A stretch of DNA of 63,654 nucleotides, filler included, from Octopus bimaculoides (taxonomy: Eukaryota): the NCBI RefSeq assembly GCF_001194135.2. It is 7 parts of 7 records of this genome, joined end to end, with 100 filler letters (N's around TTAATTAATTAA, not from the genome) between each part and the next. Parts side by side here need not be neighbours in the genome. Positions count along the whole stretch, not along the records: positions 1 to 18,966 come from NC_069003.1; positions 19,067 to 28,742 come from NW_026424044.1; 5 more parts are not named here. One strand, given 5' to 3'. The position numbers and the translations under genes are program-made. How positions within the stretch are numbered: the first letter of the stretch is position 1; every line of letters begins with the position of its first letter. Below are positions 9,672-23,268 of this stretch, one piece after another. The notes beneath the pieces are model-generated. The model worked only from the letters and a program-made list of their open reading frames with translations. It was not told the origin of the DNA and ran no database searches.

Positions 9672-11634
9672 TGGTTACCAAATACATTCACAAGGCATTG
9701 GTTGGGCTTGGAGGCTATAGTAGAAAACACTCGCCCAATGTACAGTGCAGTGGAACTGAACTGAAAACCATCGTGATTTAGTTGTTATCTCTAGCAAATT
9801 GGTTGGCCACTTCAAGGCTTCTTTTTCTTTGTTGGCTCACATTCCGTTTGCTCTGTCTCATAGCAAGCTCGCACATAATTTACTCCTGTAATTAGCAGTT
9901 TAGTGGATCATAACATACATAATGAGATGAGCTAAGAAATTTTAACTAAGCAATTAATTACACCTGTTGTGGGAAGAAACAATTATGATTTTAATGAGTA
10001 ATTTTGGCAGAGAAAAGCTTGGAGGTGAGGGAGGGGAGGTGGCGGTTTCAGACAATTGTAAAGTTTGAATGAATTAAAACGAACGAAAAAGAAAAGAAAA
10101 AAAGAATTGCTGTGGTGGAAGGAGTAGTGAATCTGTGATGAAGAAGCTTGTTTGATTTTAGCGATGCAGTAATGATTCCAGATATGGTTTAGACTTATTC
10201 ACCGTTTTATTACCATATTTCTGTTGAAACACGTTGCATTTGTTTCAGTCAATTTAGAAAATGGCTGGCACTCCGTCGCTTACAACGTCGAGGGTTCCAG
10301 TTGATCCGATCAATGGAACACAATATATATAGCCCAGTCCAGAAATTGAACTCACTTCCTCGTGATTGTGAGCCTGACACTCAAACCACAGAGCCATGGA
10401 GTAATCTGAATGCTAATGGATTAATCTTCTACTGTGCTTCTGTCAAATTCTGATTCCACTAACAAATCGATCCAGCGATGTTTGTGAATGTGGTGAAGTG
10501 AGGGCCAAGGTGAATGGGTGGCACTTATATAAATCATCCCCTTGGTAAAGCTGACTTAATTCTGTATATACACCCAGCTGGGGGTAATTACTAAACAGGC
10601 CCTCCTGGATTAAAAAGAGGTATATAATTATATCATGTATGTATGTATAGAAATTGTCTCCTCTACACAGATGATTTAGTTGTATATCTACCTACCTACC
10701 TACCTACCCACCCATCTATCTATCATATATCTATCTATCGTTTATCTAAATACGTACATATATATATATATATATATATATANNNNNNNNNNNNNNNNNN
10801 NNNNNNNNNNNNNNNNNNNNNNNNNNNNNNNNNNNNNNNNNNNNNNNNNNNNNNNNNNNNNNNNNNNNNNNNNNNNNNNNNNNNNNNNNNNNNNNNNNNN
10901 NNNNNNNNNNNNNNNNNNNNNNNNNNNNNNNNNNNNNNNNNNNNNNNNNNNNNNNNNNNNNNNNNNNNNNNNNNNNNNNNNNNNNNNNNNNNNNNNNNNN
11001 NNNNNNNNNNNNNNNNNNNNNNNNNNNNNNNNNNNNNNNNNNNNNNNNNNNNNNNNNNNNNNNNNNNNNNNNNNNNNNNNNNNNNNNNNNNNNNNNNNNN
11101 NNNNNNNNNNNNNNNNNNNNNNNNNNNNNNNNNNNNNNNNNNNNNNNNNNNNNNNNNNNNNNNNNNNNNNNNNNNNNNNNNNNNNNNNNNNNNNNNNNNN
11201 NNNNNNNNNNNNNNNNNNNNNNNNNNNNNNNNNNNNNNNNNNNNNNNNNNNNNNNNNNNNNNNNNNNNNNNNNNNNNNNNNNNNNNNNNNNNNNNNNNNN
11301 NNNNNNNNNNNNNNNNNNNNNNNNNNNNNNNNNNNNNNNNNNNNNNNNNNNNNNNNNNNNNNNNNNNNNNNNNNNNNNNNNNNNNNNNNNNNNNNNNNNN
11401 NNNNNNNNNNNNNNNNNNNNNNNNNNNNNNNNNNNNNNNNNNNNNNNNNNNNNNNNNNNNNNNNNNNNNNNNNNNNNNNNNNNNNNNNNNNNNNNNNNNN
11501 NNNNNNNNNNNNNNNNNNNNNNNNNNNNNNNNNNNNNNNNNNNNNNNNNNNNNNNNNNNNNNNNNNNNNNNNNNNNNNNNNNNNNNNNNNNNNNNNNNNN
11601 NNNNNNNNNNNNNNNNNNNNNNNNNNNNNNNNNN

Positions 11635-11681
<47 letters not shown>

Positions 11682-11898
11682 TATGTACATACAACCAGCA
11701 GGAGAATTTCCTAAAAACTGTACATGGATTTAAAAGACATTTGAAAGAAAGACTCTAAATTCTCTCCTGTATGTAGATGATTTAATGTGATATATACACC
11801 CAGCTGGAGAATCCTCTGAACGCCGTACATGGATTTATCTGTGATATTAAAATGAAACTAAGATTAGATGTGTGTGTGTGTGTGTGCGACATCTAAAT

Positions 11899-12162
11899 TC
11901 TTTTACTTGTTTCAATCATTTGACTGCGGTCTTTAGTCGAACAAATCGACCCCCGAACTTATTCTTTGTAAACCTAGTACTTAATTTATTAGTCACTTTT
12001 GCCGAACTGCTAAGTTACGGCGATGTGAACACACTAGCATTGGTTGTTGAGCAATGGTGGGGTGACAAACACACGCACACAAACACATACACACATGCAT
12101 GCACACATATATATATATATATATACAACAGGCTTCTTTCAGTTTCCATCTACCAAATCCAC
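11899..12162 (-). mobile_element. SINE family A, head-truncated
   Basis: Colinear with 686-950. Confidence 0.8.
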
Positions 12163-12224
12163 TGGTGTTTATGTAATTGACTACCCCTCCCATTCCAAGC
12201 CTGATTATGTCAACTGTTGGCTAT

Positions 12225-12422
12225 AATCAATAGTAGGCTGTTATCTATAGGCTAGAAATAACACTGGGTTGATGTCAACAATAGGCTAGAATTAAAATAG
12301 GCTGTTGTAATCAACAGTGGATTAAAGTCAACAATAGGCTGGTATCAACTATAGGCTACATCAAGTGGGCTACTGTCAATTATATGTTATTATTAACAAT
12401 AGGCTAGTATGAACAATAAGCC
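12225..12422. repeat. Degenerate minisatellite built on AACAATAGGCT
   Basis: (A)ATAGGCT motif recurs about 8 times with variable spacing. Confidence 0.65.
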
Positions 12423-13096
12423 AAACAAAAACTTTCCAAATGTGGCCACCCTGTCTTTATAGGCGTTCCCAAGATATTGTGTAGTATGTCCTGTTCATTT
12501 TTCTTTAATATAGTAGAGTAGATAATTAATGGGGGTTTTGGCTACTGTTTCTAGCAAGTCAACTGGCTGCTTAGAGGTATCTTTGTTAGTTTCAGAAGTC
12601 CTTTGTTTAAAAAAGGGAGATGAATTCACTCCCTCTCAGCGCATAGCAGATGAGGAAGAATATCTTTTCTTGGATTGAAATTCAAGATAGAGGTGCCAAA
12701 TTATTGACTTTTGATAAGCAGGGTAGAGAGAGAGAGAGAAGAAGAAGAAGAGAGACAGAGCCGGNNNNNNNNNNNNNNNNNNNNNNNNNNNNNNNNNNNN
12801 NNNNNNNNNNNNNNNNNNNNNNNNNNNNNNNNNNNNNNNNNNNNNNNNNNNNNNNNNNNNNNNNNNNNNNNNNNNNNNNNNNNNNNNNNNNNNNNNNNNN
12901 NNNNNNNNNNNNNNNNNNNNNNNNNNNNNNNNNNNNNNNNNNNNNGGGTCTGAATGAAGGACAGCTTTGGGGTGGGGGTGGAGCCTGTTTGTTGTTGATT
13001 TAGGGATACATATTCACACATGTATAAGAACACACACACACACATTCATGCCCCCATGTGATTAAGCTCCTTAGGACACGGGTGGGGGGAATCGCG

Positions 13097-13131
<35 letters not shown>

Positions 13132-13364
13132 GCGCGCAACAGGCACTGTCAATTAAGCCTCTAAGGTGTTGGCGTTGTAGTAGTGGTGTTAATGAGGGTT
13201 AAGGGGTGGGGGGTTGATAAGTAAAGATAAGGAGAAGAGGTGTTTGGGTTAGGGTACAGCGATGATGATGATGATGGAGGCGGAGGTGGAGTCAAAATGC
13301 TGGTGGCGTAAGTAGAAACTGAGGAGCAGAAAATAGTGGTGATGGGGCTGGGATTAATAGTAAC

Positions 13365-13397
<33 letters not shown>

Positions 13398-13743
13398 GGT
13401 GGTTGTGGTGCAGTGAGGGAGGATGTGCAGAGATAAAAAATAGTGGTAATGGTGGTGGTGGTGGCAGTGGTCATGGTTCGAAAGGCAGAGATAGTAATAG
13501 AGTAGAGGTGGTAATTGATAGATTTGTGGTCAGAAAAGAGGAGGGGATGTGTGATGAGGACGATGATGATGATGATCTTTTTATCTTTTACTTGTTTCAG
13601 TCATTTGACTGTGGCCATGCTGGGGCATTGCCTTGAAGGGCTTTAGTCGAGCAAATCAACCCCAGGACCATGTCATAGGGAAGCAAGCTTCTTAAATACA
13701 ACCACGCCTGATGATGATAATAATGAAGGTGGTAGTGGAAGCA

Positions 13744-14128
13744 GTGGAGGTGCAATGGCCCAGTGGTTAGGGCAGCGGACTCGCGGTCATAGGATCGCGG
13801 TTTCGATTCCCAGATCGGGCGTTGTGAGTGTTTATTGAGCGAAAACACCTAAAGCTCCACGAGGCTCCGGCAGGGGATGGTGGCGAACCCTGCTGTACTC
13901 TTCCACCACAGCTTTCTCTCGCTCTTACTTCCTGTTTCTGTTGTGCCTGTAATTCCAAAGGGTCAGCCTTGTCACACTCTGTGTCACGCTGAATATCCCC
14001 GAGAACTACGTTAAGGGTACACGTGTCTGTGGAGTGCTCAACCACTTGCACGTTAATTTCACGAGCGGGCTGTTCCGTTGATCGGATCAACTGGAACCCT
14101 CGACATCGTAAGCAACGGAGTGCCAACA
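13744..14128 (+). mobile_element. SINE family B, full length with TSD
   Basis: Complete head-to-tail copy; direct repeat AGTGGAAGCAGT at 13734-13745 and 14129-14140. Confidence 0.92.
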
Positions 14129-14914
14129 AGTGGAAGCAGTATTAGTAATAGTAGAATTGGTGAGGCTGTCTGTTGTTTTGCCCCAGGTCAGACTCTCCTT
14201 TCATGGTATTTAAACATTTTTTTTTTTTTGTTTATTTACATTTCGGTCATTAGACTGGTGATGCTGGGGTCATTGCTTTGAATGTGTTTTCTTTGTTTGT
14301 TTGTTTTGTGCATGCATGAAACTGGACGGGCAAAGATAAGGCAGGGCGGTCAGTGCAGTGGCAATGCACACAGAGCTCTGTGGCCTGACCGTACATGTTC
14401 CGATGAATAGGGCTGACATAGAAAATGGATGTTAAATGATAATGACGATGATGATATATCAGTTTAAATGGTTTATGTTAATCATGGTCAAATAGCTTGT
14501 TAGCGTGCATCACCAAATTGACTTATACAGAACACTCAAAGGAAAAATAATTGATCAAGATCATTTTTTAATTAGTATTTTAACCACAGTATTTTGGTAT
14601 GTGTAGCCAAAAAGACCAATTTTTTTTTTTTTTTTTTTTTCTATTGAGATACATTTGCTGAGAGACAAGCTCTGATTGGCTATTACGCTTCAACCATTCA
14701 CAACATTTGTTCCATCAGGTCGATGGATCAACCTCAAAGTCCTTTCAGCTTGTATCACTTGGGCTGATCAATCTCGGCCTAGGCGTCCCAAGCGGGTTAA
14801 GATTCACATCCCATTTCAAATATATTGGAATAATTCTAAGAAAATGACAAGTGCTGCGTAATTCCACATTGCATGTATGCAATGGACTTCTTACATAATT
14901 TCCTTCTCTCGCAT

Positions 14915-15271
14915 TCATTCACAAAGCATTGCTTGGCCCAGGGCTATATTAGGAGACCATATGGCCCAATGTGCCATGCAGTGGGACTGAACCTGAGACC
15001 ACATTGGCTTCCAAGCAAACTTCCTAACCACACAACCATGCCTGTGCATGTAGCAGAATGAAGATTCCTTTCTACTAAAGGCACAATGCCTGAAATTTGT
15101 GGGGAGGGGACTAGTCGATTACATTGACCCCAGTGTTTCACTGGTACTTAATTTATCGACCCCGAAAGGATGAAAGGCAAAGTTGACCTTGGCAGAATCT
15201 GAACTCAGAACGTGAAGTCAGACGAAATATCGCTAAGCATTTCGCCCCGGTCTGCTAACAATTCTGCCAGC
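14915..15271 (-). mobile_element. Adjacent SINE A head (14915-15046) and SINE C (15062-15271)
   Basis: Both are colinear with other copies of their families in this window. Confidence 0.75.
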
Positions 15272-15319
15272 AGGATGATGTTTGACTGCTGTTTCTAGCA
15301 GGTCAGAGTATCATTGTTT

Positions 15320-17430
15320 CTTCTGGCGGTGGTGGTGGTGGTGGTGTTGGTGGTGGTGGGAATTATTGCTCTTGTGGTCTGTGGAAGGAAGTATCCTGCC
15401 TAGTGGCTGTTTAGCAGGGTTTCCTGCTGGTTAAGATGTTATTGGGGGTGGGGGTTAAATGATGAGATGTGAAGATAGAAGCTAAAGCAAAGGGTGCGGT
15501 GGAGGGGGGAGGAGATTTAGCAGCCCTTGGATCTAGAATGCGGAGGGAAAAGGAGGTCCCAAGATGGTGTGGGTAGTTGTCCTTGTCCAGTTGATGATGA
15601 TAATGGCAGTGGTAGTGATGGTGAGAGTGGTGGTAATAGTAATGGTGGTAGTAGTAGTAGTAGTAGTAGTAGAAGCAGTGGTTGTGGCTGTAGTGATGGT
15701 GGTGGTTGTTGTTGTAGCGCTGATGCTGGTTAACTTTTAGAAAGCAATGAAAGGGACAAAGCTAAGCAGAACCCTTGGGGCAAGGGTACCCTGGTGGCAG
15801 TGGCATTGGTGTTGAGGGGTAGTATTAATGATAGTAGTGGTGGTGGTGATGGTGGTAGAAGTGGTGGTGATGGTGGTAGAAGTGGTGGTGGTGGTGGTGG
15901 TAGCTGGTTAACTTTTAGAAAGTAATGAAAGGGACAGTGCTAAGCAAACCCCTTATTTGAGGCAAGGGTACCCTGGTGGTGGTGGTGGCAGTGGTGGAGG
16001 TGAATTTGGGGGTAAAAAGTTTGAGATAAGAAGTGGATGAGAAGAATAGGGTTCTGGTGGTAGTGGTGAGAGGTAGAAAATATAAGGGGAGAAGTGAGAG
16101 CAGGGGACAGATAATGTACTGAGGCGGGGTNNNNNNNNNNNNNNNNNNNNNNNNNNNNNNNNNNNNNNNNNNNNNNNNNNNNNNNNNNNNNNNNNNNNNN
16201 NNNNNNNNNNNNNNNNNNNNNNNNNNNNNNNNNNNNNNNNNNNNNNNNNNNNNNNNNNNNNNNNNNNNNNNNNNNNNNNNNNNNNNNNNNNNNNNNNNNN
16301 NNNNNNNNNNNNNNNNNNNNNNNNNNNNNNNNNNNNNNNNNNNNNNNNNNNNNNNNNNNNNNNNNNNNNNNNNNNNNNNNNNNNNNNNNNNNNNNNNNNN
16401 NNNNNNNNNNNNNNNNNNNNNNNNNNNNNNNNNNNNNNNNNNNNNNNNNNNNNNNNNNNNNNNNNNNNNNNNNNNNNNNNNNNNNNNNNNNNNNNNNNNN
16501 NNNNNNNNNNNNNNNNNNNNNNNNNNNNNNNNNNNNNNNNNNNNNNNNNNNNNNNNNNNNNNNNNNNNNNNNNNNNNNNNNNNNNNNNNNNNNNNNNNNN
16601 NNNNNNNNNNNNNNNNNNNNNNNNNNNNNNNNNNNNNNNNNNNNNNNNNNNNNNNNNNNNNNNNNNNNNNNNNNNNNNNNNNNNNNNNNNNNNNNNNNNN
16701 NNNNNNNNNNNNNNNNNNNNNNNNNNNNNNNNNNNNNNNNNNNNNNNNNNNNNNNNNNNNNNNNNNNNNNNNNNNNNNNNNNNNNNNNNNNNNNNNNNNN
16801 NNNNNNNNNNNNNNNNNNNNNNNNNNNNNNNNNNNNNNNNNNNNNNNNNNNNNNNNNNNNNNNNNNNNNNNNNNNNNNNNNNNNNNNNNNNNNNNNNNNN
16901 NNNNNAACTTGACATTTCTTAGTCTATCAAGGTGGTGGTGGTGGTGGTGGTGGTTGTGATGTTGTTGGTGATGATGATTATGATAGTGGTGGTATTAGTG
17001 GTAATGGTGGTGTTGGTGGTCCTTTTGATGATGATGATGGTGATGGTAGTGGTTGTTTTGATGATGGTGGTGTTGCTGCTGCTGATGATGATATTTTTTG
17101 TTGTCTTGAGATAAAAAAAAAAAGCTCAAAAAAAAAACCTAAAAAAAAAGTTTCGTGGTGTTGGTCATGGTTGGTGTTGACTGTTGTTGTGATGGTGGTT
17201 TGTTAGCCCAGCCTGGTCCTAAGTGGCAGTAGTATGGCGGTGGAGGGAGTGTAGTGTGGTGGTGCTGTATTTAGATAGATGTATGGGGCTGGCGGCATTG
17301 GTGAAAGCAGTATGAAGGGGTGGGGGAGAGGGAAAAAGACAGCAAAGCAAGAAAGTACCCAATGTACAGGTGGTGGTGGTGTTGGGGACAGCAGTGGTAG
17401 CGATGGTGGTGGTGGCGGTGGTTATCAAGT
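15320..17430. repeat. G-rich low-complexity region ((GGT/GAT/AGT)n) with internal duplication and N gap
   Basis: Trinucleotide runs; an ~80-bp block GCTGGTTAACTTTTAGAAAG...GGTACCCTGGTGG is repeated at 15725 and 15903. Confidence 0.85.
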
Positions 17431-17517
17431 TTTGGGGTATTCTTAAAGGGACAAATAAAACTTCCAGCGGTATTCAAGAACATGGACACAGTCATCCCTC
17501 ATATATATATATACATA

Positions 17518-17679
17518 TATAGGAATGGCTGTGATAAGTAGCTTGCTTCCCAACCATATGGTTCTGGGTTCAGTCCCACTGCGTGGCACTTTGGGCAAGT
17601 GTCTTCTACTATATAGCCTTGGGCCGACCAAAGCCTTATGAGTGGATTTGGTAGATGGAAACTGAAAGAAACCCTTTGT

Positions 17680-17680
<1 letters not shown>
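17518..17680 (+). mobile_element. SINE family A, 5' half
   Basis: Head and body up to the central microsatellite, then a gap. Confidence 0.8.
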
Positions 17681-17717
<37 letters not shown>

Positions 17718-18154
17718 NNNNNNNNNNNNNNNNNNNNNNNNNNNNNNNNNNNNNNNNNNNNNNNNNNNNNNNNNNNNNNNNNNNNNNNNNNNNNNNNNNN
17801 NNNNNNNNNNNNNNNNNNNNNNNNNNNNNNNNNNNNNNNNNNNNNNNNNNNNNNNNNNNNNNNNNNNNNNNNNNNNNNNNNNNNNNNNNNNNNNNNNNNN
17901 NNNNNNNNNNNNNNNNNNNNNNNNNNNNNNNNNNNNNNNNNNNNNNNNNNNNNNNNNNNNNNNNNNNNNNNNNNNNNNNNNNNNNNNNNNNNNNNNNNNN
18001 NNNNNNNNNNNNNNNNNNNNNNNNNNNNNNNNNNNNNNNNNNNNNNNNNNNNNNNNNNNNNNNNNNNNNNNNNNNNNNNNNNNNNNNNNNNNNNNNNNNN
18101 NNNNNNNNNNNNNNNNNNNNNNNNNNNNNNNNNNNNNNNNNNATATATATATAT

Positions 18155-18499
18155 ACCAGCGTCGCCTTACTGCCACTTGTGCCAGTGGTATGTGAAAAAC
18201 CATTCAAGCGAGGTCGTTGCTAGTGCCGCTGGACTGGCTCCTGTGCAGGTGGCACGTAAAATACACCATTTCGAGCGTGGCTGTTGCCTGTACCACCTCA
18301 GTGCCCTTCGTGCCGGTGGCATGTAAAAGCACCCACTACAATCTCGGAGTGGTTGGCGTTAGGAAGGGCATCCAGCTGTAGAAACTCTGCCAGATCAGAT
18401 TGGAGCGTGGTGTAGCCATCTGGTCTCACCAGTCCTCAGTTAAATTGTCCAACCCATGCTAGCATGGAAGGTGGACGTTAAACGATGATGGTGATGATA
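18155..18499 (+). mobile_element. SINE family D (my label), RTE-like 3' tail
   Basis: Internal GGTGGCACGTAAAA repeats, GGCGTTAGGAAGGGCATCCAGCTGTAGAAAC and a GGACGTTAAACGATGATG tail; paralogous to 46335 and 47346. Confidence 0.8.
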
Positions 18500-19010
18500 C
18501 GTGTGTGTCTGTGTTAAATGGTGACGACAATGATGATGATGGTTTTACTCAGCCAATCTGTGCAGTTTGAATGACCTATGTCAGTTGAAAGAAACAGTTA
18601 TGTCCATTTTTGCATAACTTTCGTTGGGGGGGGGGTGACACTAGTTTATCTCTATGCTATGTGTGTGTTGGTATTTATATATGTCTGTGTTTGTTTGTCT
18701 GTGTGTATGTACATATATTTATATTTATATACGTATGTTTGTGTGTTTATGTTTTTGTGAGTATTTATGTATATATATATATATATATATGTATTTATGC
18801 GTATATAAGTATATGTATTTGTGTGTGTGTATATATATGTGTGTGTGTATGCATGTATGTGTATATATGTATATCTATCTATATATATATATATATATAT
18901 ATATAATCTCATTTGTCAGATGATGGCCCATGTGGTGTATGTCAGGAGGTCCAATCTAGTCTGTCANNNNNNNNNNNNNNNNNNNNNNNNNNNNNNNNNN
19001 NNNNNNNNNN

Positions 19011-19022
19011 TTAATTAATTAA
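19011..19022. other. Assembly spacer TTAATTAATTAA inside a 100-bp gap (artefact)
   Basis: Flanked by 44 N on each side. The identical spacer recurs at 28787, 48668, 52841, 56575 and 62172. It encodes stops in all six frames. Confidence 0.95.
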
Positions 19023-19744
19023 NNNNNNNNNNNNNNNNNNNNNNNNNNNNNNNNNNNNNNNNNNNNAAGCCTCGTGCCATGCAATATGCATACAAATAAA
19101 TATAGGCAAAGTGCAGAGCAATGGGTACGTTTTCTTTCCAAAGGAACATAATTTTAGAATTTCGTGAGGACTCAAAGTATTGTTAAAAGTTTTCAAGAAG
19201 TTTTGTATTTTTTTTTTTCCAGAAAAATACGATCCTTTTGCAAACAACTCTATTCATTTTCAAAGAAGAAGGAAGTAATGTTTTAAATATCAGGCAGTCA
19301 GGTAACAACCCTTCCTAAGTAAAACAAAGTTTATATATATCGTATAAATTTAAAATTAAATGAAAATTGCATAAAATACCACAATACCACCCGAGCTAGG
19401 AACTAAACGAAGAAGTGAATCAGAAGAAATGAAGGTAAACAAATAATATACATAAATAAATAAGAATAAAGTGAGTTAATATAAAAAAATAGGGTCCGTA
19501 GATTAAATAATAAGTTAAGTTAAGGAGCTGACATATGACATAATCACGTAGATTCGTGCAGTGGATTCAGCTTTGTCAGGTTAATTGTTGACAAAAAAGT
19601 CATCAACGCACCTGAAGTGATTTTGAAAGGAAGAAACAAGAAACACGCACACGCGCACGCATGGTTATACGCATATCCATACAAATATACATGAACACAC
19701 ATACACACAGACACACATATATACATATACCTACAGATATATTT

Positions 19745-19775
<31 letters not shown>

Positions 19776-20308
19776 TATGCGCGCGTGTGTGTGTGTGTGT
19801 ATATGTGTATGTATATCTGTTTGTATATATAAATCTATATAAATATGTAAATATACATAGGTATATGTATGATTTATGTATATATATTTATGATTTCCTG
19901 AATTTGTATACATACATACATATAAACATATATGTATATATATATATATAATATATATTATATATATATACATATACNNNNNNNNNNNNNNNNNNNNNNN
20001 NNNNNNNNNNNNNNNNNNNNNNNNNNNNNNNNNNNNNNNNNNNNNNNNNNNNNNNNNNNNNNNNNNNNNNNNNNNNNNNNNNNNNNNNNNNNNNNNNNNA
20101 TATATATATATATTATATATAATATATATATATATATTATATATAAAATATATATATATAATATATATAAAATATATATATATAATATATATAAAATATA
20201 TATATATAATATATATATTTATATATATATATACAGGAAATCATATATATATATACATACATCATACATATACCTATATATATTTACCTATTTATATAGA
20301 TGGGTATA

Positions 20309-20359
<51 letters not shown>

Positions 20360-20372
20360 GTGTGTGTGTTTG

Positions 20373-20404
<32 letters not shown>

Positions 20405-20859
20405 CGAGAAAGAACTGAATCAAAGCAGCGTATTTAAGTTTCTGGTGAAGTGCCAAACACGAAGTCTACAGTCTAGACACAAATGTGTGACTGAAAAACA
20501 AAACACAAGCGAAATATATAAACAAATAAACAAAAGCAATGAAAAAAAAAACATCTGCTTCTTAAGTTTTCTCACATTTACTTTCACTTTCGATTTCTCA
20601 ATTTCTTTCTCATCTCCCTTCTTTTATTTTCCTTCTCTGATCCACTGTCTTTATATCCAGCTTTCTATCTATCTATTTATTTATCTATCTGTCTATCTAT
20701 GAGACAGAAACATGTTTTCAACATAGATGAAACTTTTACAAGAGAGTTGGCTGTGACTTCGAAATTAATGCTTGCTAGTATTCGTCAGATGTCCGACGAG
20801 ATTCATATGCCTTCCCAGAATGTATTGAGTAGTTCTTCAGTTTAATGTAATATATATAC

Positions 20860-20893
<34 letters not shown>

Positions 20894-21637
20894 NNNNNNN
20901 NNNNNNNNNNNNNNNNNNNNNNNNNNNNNNNNNNNNNNNNNNNNNNNNNNNNNNNNNNNNNNNNNNNNNNNNNNNNNNNNNNNNNNNNNNNNNNNNNNNN
21001 NNNNNNNNNNNNNNNNNNNNNNNNNNNNNNNNNNNNNNNNNNNNNNNNNNNNNNNNNNNNNNNNNNNNNNNNNNNNNNNNNNNNNNNNNNNNNNNNNNNN
21101 NNNNNNNNNNNNNNNNNNNNNNNNNNNNNNNNNNNNNNNNNNNNNNNNNNNNNNNNNNNNNNNNNNNNNNNNNNNNNNNNNNNNNNNNNNNNNNNNNNNN
21201 NNNNNNNNNNNNNNNNNNNNNNNNNNNNNNNNNNNNNNNNNNNNNNNNNNNNNNNNNNNNNNNNNNNNNNNNNNNNNNNNNNNNNNNNNNNNNNNNNNNN
21301 NNNNNNNNNNNNNNNNNNNNNNNNNNNNNNNNNNNNNNNNNNNNNNNNNNNNNNNNNNNNNNNNNNNNNNNNNNNNNNNNNNNNNNNNNNNNNNNNNNNN
21401 NNNNNNNNNNNNNNNNNNNNNNNNNNNNNNNNNNNNNNNNNNNNNNNNNNNNNNNNNNNNNNNNNNNNNNNNNNNNNNNNNNNNNNNNNNNNNNNNNNNN
21501 NNNNNNNNNNNNATATATATATATTATAAATTAACTACCAACAAAAATAATTGGTAAGCTAATGTGTATGTATGTATGTATGTATACTTGTATTCCTATT
21601 CATACATAGAATGATACCAACACACACACACACACAG

Positions 21638-21673
<36 letters not shown>

Positions 21674-21959
21674 GTATGTGTGAGTGTGTGTGTGTATAGT
21701 TGAAAATATGTTGAAAACATATATAAGAAGTGGAAGAGAAATGCCATCGTTTCACATAGTTTAATATCTTTTTATAAAGAATTTTTTTTTTAAATATATA
21801 CATATTTTATGGATGTAGCGATATCCAACCGGTTTTCGTTATTTAAAATAGCTTTGCTTTTCAAGGGACATTGTGAATTAATCGATTCTAGTGACAAAGA
21901 GTTCTGGCCATTTTGGATGTTTGAAAAATAAGAATGAGTCTAGAGAGTGGACCAAGGGA

Positions 21960-22517
21960 GGTAACAGGTGGCAAAGGGGACAAGACCTCAAAATAATACT
22001 CATTGAATGTCAATACCCACCAGCACTTATAGACCATGGAATTGAACGTGCCAAGAAATTGGACACAAGCACACTAAGGTCAACAAAACAAAACACCACA
22101 CCTCACCCTAAATCAATCCCATACATATCAACCCACAACCCCAGTAACAATGAAGCATGCAACACAGTTATACAAAATATCCCTCTGGTCACTCAAGAGC
22201 CGAAAATGAACAACATCCTAAATACGCATAAACTCCTTAGATGCAAAAGACAAGACCAATCACTGAAGAGACTCCTCACAAATGTAAAACTATACTTAAT
22301 ACATATGATACCACCAATTAAAAAATGCTGACGACCTAATTTTTTAACCAACCGTTAAAAAACGCAGATGACCTAATATGGGCATGTGGTACAAGCCCAT
22401 ACCTAACTGAAGGCTCGGAATTCATATTCCAGCAAGGAGAAAATTTCTCCATTAAGATCAACTTCACATGTGCTTCTAAGAACCTTATCTATGTCCTAAC
22501 CTATTCAGACTGTGGCC
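21960..22517 (+). mobile_element. Penelope-like element relic (RT C-terminal linker to GIY-YIG start)
   Basis: ECQYPPALIDHGIERAKKLD...IPYISTHNP...SLKRLLTNVK and CASKNLIYVLTYSDCG, typical of the PLE linker and endonuclease N-terminus; frameshifted. Confidence 0.85.
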
Positions 22518-22614
22518 ATAAGAGCGATTATCCGGTTTCCATGCCGACGTGACGAGAGCACAACATTTTCAGTCAACGGGACGCCGGTCCGTTGCCGGTT
22601 TCAAGTCCAGCAAT

Positions 22615-22790
22615 TTTGAGAAGAGGGGCGATCTATTACATCGACACCAGTTTATTAGAAGTACTCTATTTTATCGACCCTGAATGGAAGAAAGGCAAGC
22701 ATAACCCCGGTGAGATTTGAACTCAGAACGGAAAATACCGGAAAAAATACCAATGGATATTTTTAACCGACATGCAAATGATTGTGCCAT
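22615..22790 (-). mobile_element. SINE family C, diverged
   Basis: TTTATCGACCCTGAATGGAAGAAAGGC...GATTTGAACTCAGAACG core and head. Confidence 0.65.
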
Positions 22791-22885
22791 TTAACTGTAA
22801 TACAACCCGAGTATGTATGAAGTAACTAAAGGAATGAACATGTACTTACAGTTAGATATAGAATCACTAGGTATATTCAGCCACT

Positions 22886-23268
22886 GTGGAGGTGCAATGG
22901 CCTAGTGGTTAGGGCAGCGAACTCGCGGTCACAGAATCGCGGTTCGATTCCCAGACCGGGCGCTGTGAGTGTTTATTGAGCGAAAACACCTAAAGCTCCA
23001 CGAGGTTCTGGCAGGGGACGGTGGCGAACCCTGCTGTACTCTTTCACCATAACTTTCACTCTTACTTCCTGTTTCTGTTGGGCCTGTAATTCAAAGGGCC
23101 AGCCTTGTCACACCCTGTGTCACGCTGAATCTCCCTGAGAACTACGTTAAGGGTACAGGTGTCTGTGGAGTGCTCAGCCACTTGCACGTTAATTTCACGA
23201 GCAGGCTGTTCCGTTGATCGGATCAACTGGAACCCTCGATGTCGTAAGTGACGGAGTGCCAACACAAA
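22886..23268 (+). mobile_element. SINE family B, full length with TSD
   Basis: Direct repeat ATTCAGCCACTGTGG at 22875-22889 and 23269-23283. Confidence 0.92.

Noticed and set aside
14345-14395. Three-way-junction-like fold (CGGTCAG/CTGACCG enclosing two small hairpins)
   Set aside because: Short stems are expected by chance; there is no ribozyme or miRNA consensus and only one copy.
14676-14861. Unique segment with possible exons on either strand
   Set aside because: Frames close quickly or lack a matching donor; no recognisable protein.
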